From Utricularia gibba (taxonomy: Eukaryota; Plantae; Magnoliophyta): 64,000 nt of DNA. Shown here piece by piece: positions 37,491-50,439 of this stretch (position 1 is its first letter; each line of letters opens with the position of its first letter). Made by a program: the position numbers and the translations under genes. Location: the NCBI GenBank assembly GCA_002189035.1, contig NEEC01000018.1:2046001-2110000 (forward strand), given 5' to 3'. Below the pieces are notes generated by a model that was given only the letters and a program-made list of their open reading frames with translations, was not told where the DNA came from and searched no databases.

Positions 37491-39689
37491 CGATAAGACT
37501 TCAAAAAGTTAGTTGATTCTTTGTCCATTGTGTGAATGGATATTTAGAAAGAAAAAATGTACACATAATATTCACACTTTTTTTTTGTTTAGAGGAGGAA
37601 GAATTCTAGCTTCTCCTTTTTTTAATTATCCTCTTCTAGATTACGAATGGTGATGAGTGAGATTAACTCATTAATTACGAATGATTAGTAGCATATCCGT
37701 CTATTTTCGTAGAGATTAGAAATCTAATTAATTGTTGATATGTGTGAAAAAATCAATCAATCTCAATATAATTTTTTGTATCTCATAATATAACCATCAT
37801 AATTTTCGTAATGATAAAAATGAAAATACTTTCATAAGTTCACTATACATTTAGATTAACCAATATGTCAAGTATGGGTAAGTCCAAATTTACCTCGAAG
37901 TCACCCAACACATCTCTGAATCAATTTTATAATTATATTATATTGAAATTAAAAATACGATGAATCGAACAAATATACAATAAAATTAATTCTATAAAAA
38001 ATATTAAATTGAATTGATTAATATTGATCTTGTCATCTTTAATATAATTAATTATTTGATTTTCAAATTTTGATATGAAATTATTTATTCTAATGATTTA
38101 GGCAAATAGAAACCAAATACATTAAATTGAAGTGTAAGAACACAGATACTAAGGCGTTTGGTGGGGTGGTAGGCGGTGTTAAAAGGGGGATGGTGTAACG
38201 AAGCGCACATGGCTTGACTTCAACCCAAGAAGATACGTAACGCGTTGAGGTGTCGGCTGGAATGGACTTTTTACTTGGAATGTCGAGCGGTTGTTGGCGA
38301 CGGTGCATCGGATTGTCGGAGGCAGGGGACCCGAACGCCGTACTCAGACGCCATCCATCCACGATGGAGTCCGCCCAACAACAAGAAACCTTCCTCATTC
38401 CTTCTGCTCTCAGAGCAGGGAACAGTGCCTTTCAGAAGCAACCGCCATTTGGGAGAAAACAAGAGAAGCACAACCATGCTGTGTTCAATGGGGATGACAT
38501 ACCATATGCATAATATTACGGGGTAGTTTTATAGCAAGGTATTAATATGTTTAAGTATAATATAACGTTTGATATTACAAGAATAAATGAGAATATATTC
38601 TTAATTATATATAACATTTGATAAGCGATAATATAAATTTGAGTATTTAAGTGCTATATGCATAATTAGGTATCATCTTCATTGGTATACATCATTTATA
38701 TACTCAAAACATTAATATGTCAATGATATAATCATACAAGACTGATATACATATACTAATTAATCAAATAATGATATATATATGTGATATTTTATGCTCT
38801 ATTATAAAATAATCATTAAGTAAAATGATCATGTAAATTTTATATAATTTTTTTTATACCAAAGATAGTTTTTGGGAACTTCAAAATTTAGTTGAATAAA
38901 GGCATTAAATTGTGAATATTAAAATAAAGATGTTTTGTGCTTTAAATAATAGTAATAATAAAGACAAATTAGGAGGAGTCGTCGAGGCCCGGGGGTGGGT
39001 AAGAGGAAGACAAGACACGAAAAAGATTTATTCCTAAAAATATTAAATATTACCTTGTTTGTTTCCGGACTGACGTGTCCGCACGCCCTCCTATTATTTT
39101 ACTGTGCATTTACGGAAACTATGACAACTAAGCAGTGAAGCGCATAAAATAATTATTACACGATAATTTCATAAAAATATTTATTATTATTATATTTTGA
39201 ATTTCTTACCCTTGGCACGTCCAATACGCAATCAGCGGGTTCGATGAAGGAGATCCGACGTGGCGGCCACCAAACGGTCAAATGACGGTAGCCATGGGCC
39301 CACTTAGGGGGTCCCACCCCATCGCACCGCTTTCGGGAAGCAAAAATAGTTGACTCTGACTTTTACTTTATTTAAAATTATTTATATGAAGATTGTATTT
39401 ATCAGCCGAAAGTGATATGGAATGGCGCAAATTGAAGGGAGGTTGATGGGAATATGTGCAAATGGTGGGCGAGGGTGGAATTTTCAAAAATTGAGGGGCT
39501 GATTCGCAATTTCCGCCGCCGTGAAAATGGAATATTTGTTTCAGCCCCTCACCGGCTACTCGCCAAAAGCACAAGTGAACGAGATTCAGTCCCCGGGGTG
39601 TATGTAGCGTGGGAACACAATACTGCTTTACTTCAAATAGCATAAATAAAGGTATTGCGAATGTGAACCATTCTCTATCCACTTCCTCC

Positions 39690-41453
39690 ATGTCCCGAGA
39701 ATTCACAGACCTCTACTTTCCGCGGTGGCCGGGGGGTGGCGCGCCGGCGTTTCAGTTCTCCGGGAACAGTTCGGTCGCTGCCGCTGCTGCTGATGTTAAC
39801 CTCATGCTCGATCCTTCGTATCTCAGCTTCCCTGATTATGGATCTAGCCCGTTTCCCGAGAGCCGGATGTTTCATAGGGGTAAGGAAGATGAGAAACCGG
39901 CCACCGGAGAAACCCCCGACACACCTATCTCCTCCGCATCGACGGAGGCAGCCGCAGCAGGGTGGGAAATGTTATGCAAGGTTGAGAAGGGAAGATCGCT
40001 GAAGGAAGAAGATGCTAGTGACGCAGATGGTGAAGACACGCCAAAGAGACAGTAAGCGATTCCTCGATTACTAAGATCAAATAACTGATTAATGATTCAT
40101 AAGGTGAATGATGGAATTGGTAGCTTAGTTTACCATTTCAAAGGAGAATCCTCTAGTCTCTGTGTGGTAAAAAATAAAAGTTTCCTATCTCACTTCAAGC
40201 CTGATCATTATATCACTGCAAAGCATATGATAATGCACAAATATAGGAGACCATCTTCCTGGTTTTTGGCAACAAAAAACCGATTCTGAGTTGTAACTCG
40301 TGGTAGATCGTGTTGAATCAAGCTGCTTCGTGTTCTTTCAAGTCATAGCAGTGTCAAAAGATAAATGAAAAAAGGGATTTCATTACTCAAACTCTCCATA
40401 GTTTCTCTGCTATCGAAATAGTTTCTTTCTGCGTGATGTGTGTGACATTTACGTATCCAGCTCCAGTAAAATTCTCTTCTTGCGTAAGATTATATGCTGT
40501 TTGTATTCTGCGCAAGCCCAATTCTTTTCTTGCACTTAATCAATCTTTTGTCTGATTTTTCTTTTTCTTGATTACCACATCCCTTTTTTTACTCTGTGTA
40601 TTGCATGCTTGCCTAATCATATGCATATTGTATCAGAAGCTTGAGTTTGTAATAATGTCGGTGCCCATGTAAATGGACTGGGTAAGTTTGCGAGTCACTC
40701 GTCTTGTGAGCCCAGTCGATATCCTCACTAGGGTAAGAAGGAACCCTAGTTGTGAAACATGCCTTGTAGTAAGTGTTTTCAGATTATCTGTGGTTGCTTA
40801 TGTTTGAACTGAAATGTCTGGTGAATGTATAGAGTGAAGAAAGGAGACAACAAGAAGAAGAGACAACCCCGGGTCGCATTCGTAACAAAGAGTGAGGTTG
40901 ATCAGTTGGATGATGGCTACCGGTGGAGAAAATATGGACAGAAGGCAGTCAAGAACAGTCCTTACCCCAGGTTTTTTCTTTTCCCCTAAAGAAATCTAAA
41001 TGAATCTGTGATCATCGCCGTTTTCGCTCTGCATCGAAGGAGGCATGAAGTTTTTGCAAGTATCGTGGAACCCTAATCATGGTTTTTGCTCTGCGGTCAT
41101 AAATTGTTTGTGTTGCTTCTTTCAGGAGCTATTATAGGTGTACGATGCAAAAATGCGAGGTGAAGAAGCGGGTGGAGAGATCATTCCAAGATCCTACAGT
41201 CGTGATCACTACGTACGAAGGGCAGCACAACCACCACCTTCCGGCGAATCTCCGGGGAAACCTTGCCGGGATATTTGGCTTTCCACAGTCTCCGCACCAA
41301 AACTCGATCTTCCCACAAGATCTCATGGCTCCCGTTCCGAATCTCTACGGTTTCTGTGACCCATTTCATCAGCAACAGCTGTCTCGTTTTCCCAGGCCAG
41401 GCTATGAGCTTCCGCATGATATTGGCCATGCAGTGCCTGAGGAGGAGTCTTGA
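39690..41453 (+). CDS. WRKY transcription factor group IIc (WRKY8/28/71-like)
   Basis: Three exons (39690-40051, about 40834-40970, about 41126-41453). Reads [55 protein letters not shown]...TTYEGQHNH. Confidence 0.95.
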
Positions 41454-41871
41454 CCTATTGGAAATGTAGCCCTAATGTATTCCCTAAAGTGCAGTGTTAT
41501 GGTGCACATACCCGTAATCAGTACATATTCATCACTTGAGTTTTATGCTTATGTTAAAATCATAATGAAATCCAGGGCACACTTGCACCGTATTCGAGGC
41601 ATTGTTCTTAGCTCTTTGGTTTACAGCCATTGCATCAATGATTACGCAGCAAATGATGATGATGACCACCTCAACATAATCATACTGATATTCTTCTATT
41701 CACATATGGCATGTAAAAACTAAAACACACGAGCTTAAAGCAAATATCGCCACAATCCAATTGGGAGAAGCCATGAAAAGCCTCATGCTTTACGAAACAA
41801 CGTGAAAAGTTCACAATAACAGCTATCCAGAACCACCCTCTGCCAAAATCAGGAATCAGACAACCCAACAC

Positions 41872-42752
<881 letters not shown>

Positions 42753-42834
42753 TTTCCGTCAGCTCGAAATCTCACGCCGCCCCGTGATCTTGCTCCCCCC
42801 CTGGGCGATCTCCGGACCCTAATTCACTGCCACA

Positions 42835-42910
42835 TTTGGGCCACCAACCACCGACAGCCCAACAAAAGATGGCCCACTTGAGAACACGGTAAGATTCACG
42901 GCCCACTAAA
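42835..42910. promoter_or_regulatory. Site II (TGGGCY) element cluster upstream of RPL18a
   Basis: TTGGGCC and two GGCCCAC copies. Site II elements are established in plant ribosomal-protein promoters. Confidence 0.6.
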
Positions 42911-43249
42911 AAAAGAAGCAAGAGGCAGTGTGAAATGACTAATCTACCCAGAATCACCTGCTTTCTGTTTGAACTCCAGTGGCAAGAAAGGGCACAGTAA
43001 AAAAAGAGAGGGGAATGGGATTTTACCCGTTTGAGGCGGTGTGAAATATTTGAATTACTGGGTGCCTGCGTGCCTGCACTGCACGTCCTGGAGACGCACG
43101 GGCCTGACGGAGAATTTATGAGGGAAGCCTGGAAGCCTAGAGACGTAGGCACAAGTTATGATGCAGTGAGTAGCTCACTAATGTTTAATAAACGGGCACG
43201 ACGCCGTTTAATGACGCCTGAAAAAGCCTGTCAAAAGCATCTTCCCCTC

Positions 43250-43299
43250 CCCAGACCCAGACCCAGACCCAGCCCCAGCCCCAGCCCCAGCCCCAGCCC
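43250..43299. repeat. Compound hexanucleotide microsatellite (CCCAGA)3(CCCAGC)5
   Basis: Read directly from the sequence. Confidence 0.95.
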
Positions 43300-45080
43300 T
43301 TCTCTTTACTCGCGTCCGCACCGCACCGCACTGCCCCGCCCGCCTGTGTTGTACCTCCCCGCCTCGTGCTTGTACCCCGTTCGGCGCTACGCTGGTGAGA
43401 AGCCCAATCTGTTTCCCGAATACCTCATCTCTCGACTCTGATATTTTATTTCATGTATTTAATCGGCAAAATACCCCGTAAAACTCGAAACCACAAAAAA
43501 CCTAAACCCTAAATTCTAAATCCTACTACTAAAATATAAAACCTAAACGCTAATTCTGATCCAATAACAATAAAATTAGATCAAAAAAAGATTCATTTTT
43601 TCCTTCTTAACTCATGTATTGGGCATTTTGCAATGTTTTAAAAATCATTTTTTAATTAATTTGAATCGTTTTAAAATATAAAAATAAAAATATGCTGTAA
43701 TTGCAATTTTAAACAATTCATGGTTTTTCGTACCGAATTAAACAATGGTATTTGGCAAGGAAAATGAAAATTATTTTATAAATACATTTTAAGTTAACAA
43801 GTGATGCATCAAGTATTCTAAAAGTGAATTCAATTCATTCTCCCGTTTTATCATGATTTTGGTTTCAATTTTTTATAATGAGTTAAATGTGCTTTGTAAA
43901 AATTAAATTAATATTTGTAATTTATTGAATTTAATGCAATATAATCCAAATGATTAATTTTTTAAAAAAACTAAAATACCTCTTTATCCTAGGCAGTCCA
44001 CTCTAGCGCTCTAGTCAACATTTCGAAAATATAAATATTTTTAATTGTTTAAAATATAGTTTCGGATTAAAAAAAAGGGTATAATTCAGTTAATGGTCGT
44101 GGGGTGCGACGCCATGTTGACCCCCTCTGTCCTGTTTCTTCTTTCTTCTTCTTCCTCTGCACCTTCTGCCCCTGCCCCTGCCCTGCCCTACCCTACGCTA
44201 CTTCCTCCTATGACATTAATTTATTTACCTAAAATGCTGCCCGTAATTATTTTTAATCTCATTTCAGCAAGATGCTTGTGGGTTGGGGATGATTCGGATG
44301 TGTTGTTGTCGCCGGAGTGTTTCTTTTTGGCGTATGTAAATGAGAATGATTGAGACAAGGTGGTATGGTATGCATACGCATTCCATGACACGATTTGTGC
44401 AATCTGGGTCTTGTAAGAATTCAATGAAGCTTGCTTTAATGGCCCACCCGCTTTCACTATCTCTTCCTCGCTTTAGTCCATACTTGGCTTTAAATGCTCC
44501 CCAAGAGCGAATTGAAAAACGCGCCATTTTGGCAGGCGGTGGGCCGACCCGACTCCCCTTCCCCGCCATCGCTCTTCTCTGTCCAGTCGCCGCCGTGATC
44601 TGGGTTTCAGATGATCCGGTGAATTGGGGTTTCCTGAGCTCCATCCGGGCGTCGTTGTGACGTTGCATTCGCATCATGTTCATGTTCCGTTTGGAGCTTT
44701 GTTGTGAATGAGGGTTTGATGGGGTTGTCCATTGGCTCTTGAATTGGACGCCATTGCAGGAGCTTGTGTGGATGGATTCACATTCGCAGGCAGGAGGCGT
44801 GAACTGAGCTTTGGATTCCGGAGTGCGACACAAGTACATTTGCACATGTGTTTGGGCTCCTAATGTCAGCTTTGGAGTTACAAGGGGAATGATTCGAAGT
44901 TTGGTGCTTTATGAAAAACCCACATAGAGCGTGTCTTCTTTTGAACAAAGTCATGATATTGACAACAAAAACACAGTACATTGCGCGTTGTTATTCACCT
45001 GCGCGAAAGGGTTAATCGCTGCATTAAGTGTACATTACTTTGCTAATCCTTATTTAGTGGTAACTACACTGGAGGAGGGT

Positions 45081-46364
45081 TTAAATCCGACGGCTGTGGG
45101 GCAGCGCCGGCGGCTGCAGCGATCGGATGAGAGCCAAGTTCAGACCTCTGAAGAAGGGATGGGTTTTGATGTCCGCAGCGCCGCGCTTGGAGCCGAGCCG
45201 TTTCCGGGGGTCTTTGTTGAGCAACCGGGAGATGAGGTCACGAGCGTGTGACTCAGTCGTGCAGCGGGCCGCGTGGGCGGGGAACGACAGTGGCTTCTTT
45301 AGAATCCCGCGGAGCGTGGCTTCATTCGTGGCGCCGGCGAAGGGGGTTCGCCCGTAGATCATCTCGTAGATGAATATCCCGAGTGCCCACCAGTCGACAG
45401 CGCTGCCGTGAGCTTCGCCGGAGGCGACTTCGGGGGCGACGTACTCGTGCGTGCCGACGAAGGAGCAGGACCGTGCGGCTACTGGCTCTGCGACGAACAC
45501 TCCGGTTGACGCCACCCTGTGTGTTTTCTTCGATCTCACAAAGTGGCTGAATATGCAAGACAATTGCGCCAGCGTGGAGGAGGCGGAGCGACGGCGGGTT
45601 ATTTGGGTTCGCGGCGTTGTCGGCGACGACGCCGGTGATTCTATCGACGGAACAGTGTCGGCGCAAAGTGAAAGGTCAAAATCCGTTAACATGATGTGAC
45701 CGTCGTCTCTCACGAGAACATTTTCGGGCTTTAAATCTCTGTAAACAATTCCCAGAATGTGGAGATACTCCAACGCCACCAAAACCTCCGCCGCATAAAA
45801 CCTGTCGCCAGAATCAGATACCCACCAATGAAAGAGTCAGTTTTTGAAATATCAGACATCAACATCTGCAAAACAATTTGAAGATTTTGAACGTTCAATT
45901 TACCTCGCTGAACTAAGTGAGAAACGGTTGTTGGGCTGTTTATGACGGAGAGAATGAAGGTCACCGCCGGGGCAGTACTCGACGACGATGCCGGAAAAAT
46001 TGGAAGAATCGAACTCTGCAACGAGGCATGGTAAGAATGGGTGATTCAAAATCCTCAATATTTTCCTTTCAGTTTCAGCTCTCTGGGTCTTCTTCTTCAA
46101 CGCTAAAACCTCGTTATCGACAACCTTCATGGCGTAAAGCTTGCTGTCATCGTAACGGCGACTCCGGCGGCAGAGGAATACTCTGCCGATATCTCCACTC
46201 CCAATCTGACGCATCAGAATAAAGTCCCGTACACCCAATCTGTCCTTTTTCTGTGCGTCCTCCGGAGACGGCGACTTCCCGGGTGAGGTCGTCGGAAACT
46301 CGAACGACAGCCTACTGAACTTGAATTCTTCCGGCGATGTTGCCACCTCCTCGTCGCAGCTCAT
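45081..46364 (-). CDS. PID: AGCVIII Ser/Thr kinase, PINOID-like
   Basis: Two exons with the intron at SSAR|FYAAE. Motifs [31 protein letters not shown] (AGCVIII signature) and [16 protein letters not shown]. Confidence 0.85.
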
Positions 46365-47699
46365 CGTCTTTTTTATTCAGAATAAGCCCACACAGTTAAA
46401 AGAAACGAGATGAATGAGCAGAACCCCCGAATCGGAGAAGAGCAGAGGAACGAAGGTTCGGAAACCGGAGAATCACACAGACGAGAGATCAGCTAGTGAG
46501 GATATTTATATAATTAAAACGGCACCGTATCCGATGGCGGAGATGACGTCATCGTGTGACCTAATTCACTGGGCCTCGTCATAGAGGGGGAAAAAAGTAA
46601 AAAGGAAAGGAAATATGCGCGTGGGTCGAAGAGGTAGTGGGCTTTTGGTCGCAATGTCCTGTTTACCCTCCCTGCCGTGCATGGGCCACATCCTAGGCAG
46701 GACTTTTTAGTCATTTCCCCTCTACCCAATGGACCTCAAAGTAAGGGCCATATCCGGAGAGCAAAAGTCTTTAGCTAGGGACATGATTGCAGGAGGTATC
46801 TCCATCACCAGCGCCCTCAGGTTCGGTCAAAAAGGCCATTGCAATCTGCAAACGCTTCCTAAACTCACACTTCCTTTCATAATTGCAGTTTCCAGACCCC
46901 CCGATTCTGAATAATCCCACAGATTTTCAGCATCCCATCTGCTCAGAATCCCGTTTAACTCAAACTCGGGTATCGGTCGTTGTTTTGGAGATAAAACCAG
47001 AGGGAGCTGGCGCTGCATCCGGTGTTGGGGATTGCGGAATGATGGCGAAAGTGAGTGAACACTGGAGCGTAGTGCAGCAGGGGCCCCGTGTTGGATGGAT
47101 GGATATTGAAGGCAGTTATTAATGGGGTGGGTAGAATGGAAGTAACTAAACTCATCTCTGTGTGTGTTCGTGAATCATGCGCGGCTCCGGCACCCGAGTA
47201 GGCCCCGCATTGGACCCATCGGAGCTGATACAATGCGGAGGGCTTGCGCCACAGGCGAGCCAATGGAGACAAGACAAATGGGCAGTATGATCAGTGGCAT
47301 CATCGGCGCCGCAGAAAATAGTTTACTTGTATTCATGTACTCCGCTGTTGGAGGAAGAAGAAGGCTGAACTCCCAGACAAGGACTTATCCTTAGGAATGT
47401 GTCCGCGTCGAGTGAAAACGAGCGATTGCGCGGAGCCGACACAGAACATGGTTTCATTATTCGTGGCTGCGTCTTATTACAATAATGAAAGTGTTTAGCT
47501 TTTGCTGACACTTCACTAGGGATGAAGTCAACCGGCGAATTGTTGTTTTCTGGGCTGCGTTGTTCGGATCCCATTGTCACGAGTTGGACAAATTTGTATG
47601 GATGTCTGAAGGGATCTCTGCGTCTGACATCTGTTCATCATCTTCTGCAGAAGAGCAGAAGAAATTTCGTGTGTTCACATGTGACGTGGTGCTGCTATG

Positions 47700-47880
47700 G
47701 ATTTGGGCCTAGTTTCGGCATATGGGCTTAAATGAACCTTTTTATTGAGTTGGTGGGCTCAGTCCAAGCAGTGCATGGACCATAATATATTGGACTTATG
47801 GCCCTAAGTAGATTATAGCCTTTGGAATGTCGTGGCCCAAAACAAAGGACAGCAACAAAGTAGTTGGGCCATGACATTGG
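47700..47880. promoter_or_regulatory. Dense site II cluster, probable bidirectional promoter upstream of mTERF
   Basis: At least five TGGGCY/RGCCCA-like motifs, on both strands. Confidence 0.55.
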
Positions 47881-48231
47881 GTGTCCGATTGTATGCGCCG
47901 CCGTCACCACCTGGAGGCTGTACTGTGGCACCGGAGCATCTGTTCGGTGTGAGAGCCACTTATGCTCGGTCGTCGGTATCCCTTTAACGAAATATGAAAG
48001 CCACAAGTTGAGGGTGATCATTTTCGCTAAGCCCGGTTATGGAAAATCTCTCCGTTCATTGAAATTGCTAGCGGCGGCGGCGGCGTCCTCTAGCTCATGC
48101 CATATTACGCATCTGATTTTCATCTGCTGGTGTCGTGTTGTCTCCGAACTTTTCTTGTTTCGGCTTTTCCACTTTCCTGAAGCCGCGTTCTTTCGTTTCT
48201 GGAGTTCTCTGTTTTTGTTTCAGTGTCTTCC

Positions 48232-49992
48232 ATGTTCGTAGTCAAGAATGGGAAAATGATTACCTTGTTCGACGCTCAATTGTTGCTCCCTCTCGTATCA
48301 GGAAAAGGTTCAGTTTTGATCCGGAACCCAGTATTTCAGGTCTACCCAAGAACCCAAACCTTCTACAGCTCGGCGCCTCTCCGAAAAAACCCGGATCTTT
48401 TTATTGCTAAATCAACTGAACAGGCTACAGTCTCTCAAGATGTAGATGTAGCTACTCGCATGGTGAAGTCTGAAGCCCAGTCTGCACTTTTTGACTACCT
48501 GCATAGCACGAGGGGATTTGGTTTCCTGGATGCGGAGCACATAAGCAAGAATTCACCCAATTTTCTAGATTGCCTGATTGATAAAGTAGGAAAGGAGAAA
48601 GGGGTTTCAAGAACATTGACAAAGTTCTTCAGGTACCATCCCATTAACGAATTTGAGCCCTTTTTTGAGAGCATAGGCTTAAATCCATCTGAAGTGGCAT
48701 CTGTTGTTCCAAGAGGGTTGATGTTTCTCTGCGATGATCAGATATTGCTTGATAACTATCACGCCCTAGCTAATTATGGTGTACCTAGGAGTAAAATAGG
48801 AAGGATGTACAAGGAAGTGAGGAAAATATTTCATGATGAACAGGGTATTTTGGATGGAAAATTGAAGGAGTATGAGCGGTTAGGATTGAGTAGATCAACA
48901 GTTATAAAGCTTGTAACTTGCTCTCCTCTCCTTTTGGTTGGTGATGTGAACAAGGCTTTTGTAGGGGTTCTGAGAAGATTGGAGGAACTGGGGTTTGATA
49001 GTAACTGGATTGGAGTATGTGTGTCTCCTAACAGAACATACAACTGGAAAAGAATACTCGATACTTTGAATTTTCTTACCGACATTGGTTATGATGCTTC
49101 AGAGCTTAAAGAATTGGTGAAGAATGAGAATGCTGTGATACTTGATGGATCTGGGAAGCAAGTTTATGTTGTCGCTGGTGCATTGCTGAAGTTGGGAGTT
49201 GATATGAAGGGAGTCTACCATTTGGTGTCGCAGAACCCTCAGGTTTTGCTGCCGAAATGCTACAAGAATTATTGGAAAGCACTGCACTTTCTGTCTGAGA
49301 TAGAAATGGAACCAGAAGACATTGCCCATGTGCTGTGCAGCCATATCGACTGTTTGAGTTCTCACTCGTTGAATGGACCGAAAACCATGCTGAAGAAATT
49401 CGGAGGTAACAGGGAAAGATTGCGTAGGGCTATCAGGGAAGATCCAGTGGCCTTCTTTGATCTAGCTTTTAAGCAAAAAACTAGTAATCCTGAGGTTATA
49501 GCTGCCAGGAACCCGAACAACATCGTGGACAAGACACAGTTTTTGGTGAGAATCGGCTACACGGAGAACACAGACGCGATGGTGAAAGCTCTAAAGAAGT
49601 TCAGAGGGAGAGGAGACCAGCTGCAAGAGAGGTTTGATTGCTTGATGCAAGCTGGGCTCGACTTCAGCACAGTGTCGAGTATGGTGAAACACGCGCCGCC
49701 GGTTCTGAATCAGAGCAAAGATGTTCTCGAGAGGAAGATCCACTTCTTGAAAACACAGATGGGGTACCCGTTGGAGGCGATAGCCGGCTTTCCGTCGTAC
49801 CTGTGCTACGATATGGAGAGGATAACTGCCAGATTCTCCATGTATGCCTGGCTGAGGGAGAGAGAGGCTGTTAAGCCCATGATATCGTTGAGCACTCTTC
49901 TTGCTAGCTCGGAAGCTAGATTTGTGAAGTACTTTGTGAATATACACCCTGAAGGTCCGGCTGCCTGGGCAAACATTACAAAATCTTCGTAA
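48232..49992 (+). CDS. mTERF-family protein (MTEF18-like clade, probably mitochondrial)
   Basis: Intronless ORF of about 586 aa with ALFDYLHSTR...DAEHISKNSP, RYHPINEFEPFFESIG, KKFRGRGDQLQERFDCL, FPSYLCYDMERI. Confidence 0.88.
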   Translation: MFVVKNGKMITLFDAQLLLPLVSGKGSVLIRNPVFQVYPRTQTFYSSAPLRKNPDLFIAKSTEQATVSQDVDVATRMVKSEAQSALFDYLHSTRGFGFLDAEHISKNSPNFLDCLIDKVGKEKGVSRTLTKFFRYHPINEFEPFFESIGLNPSEVASVVPRGLMFLCDDQILLDNYHALANYGVPRSKIGRMYKEVRKIFHDEQGILDGKLKEYERLGLSRSTVIKLVTCSPLLLVGDVNKAFVGVLRRLEELGFDSNWIGVCVSPNRTYNWKRILDTLNFLTDIGYDASELKELVKNENAVILDGSGKQVYVVAGALLKLGVDMKGVYHLVSQNPQVLLPKCYKNYWKALHFLSEIEMEPEDIAHVLCSHIDCLSSHSLNGPKTMLKKFGGNRERLRRAIREDPVAFFDLAFKQKTSNPEVIAARNPNNIVDKTQFLVRIGYTENTDAMVKALKKFRGRGDQLQERFDCLMQAGLDFSTVSSMVKHAPPVLNQSKDVLERKIHFLKTQMGYPLEAIAGFPSYLCYDMERITARFSMYAWLREREAVKPMISLSTLLASSEARFVKYFVNIHPEGPAAWANITKSS

Positions 49993-50162
49993 AGCAGGGC
50001 AGGTGCCCACCAATTACAAAATCTGTTGCGTTCCTGGTTTCATCTTCTTTTCATCAGCAAAATGATAAAATCACTCATGAACTGTGTCATTGAACTTAAA
50101 TAGTAAAGCCGAGTGTTTCGATGGCTGCCCTTACTGGAGTGGTAGAGCGTGGAAAAAGGAGG

Positions 50163-50235
50163 CGCCGTCTGTGGGACTCGAACCCACGACCACGTGGTTA
50201 AAAGCCACGCGCTCTACCAACTGAGCTAAGACGGC
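50163..50235 (-). tRNA. tRNA-Lys(UUU)
   Basis: 73-nt cloverleaf GCCGTCTTAGCTCAGTTGGTAGAGC...CGTGG-CTTTTAA-CCACG...GGTTCGAGTCC...GACGGCG. Confidence 0.95.
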
Positions 50236-50439
50236 TAGTGATGGTAATTTTGTCTTTTTACAAAAATCAATAATTAAAGACTCTTTAGATTTTATTTTTG
50301 TAACATAAAAGTAATTCTTTTTTGAATAAAAATGGAATAATAAAAAACAAGAATTTGTTCTATTTAATTCTTTTGATAAATAGTTTTCAGAAGGAATTCC
50401 ACATTGGTACATCAGAAGCTAGGAGTACAAGCAAGCGTT

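Noticed and set aside
44605-44640. C/D snoRNA (ATGAT...CTGA)
   Set aside because: Only about 27 nt lie between the boxes and box C is imperfect; the segment looks like a 5' UTR intron start.
47380-47470. B-box zinc finger (MKPCSVSAP...DADTFL)
   Set aside because: The required Cys/His ligands are missing.
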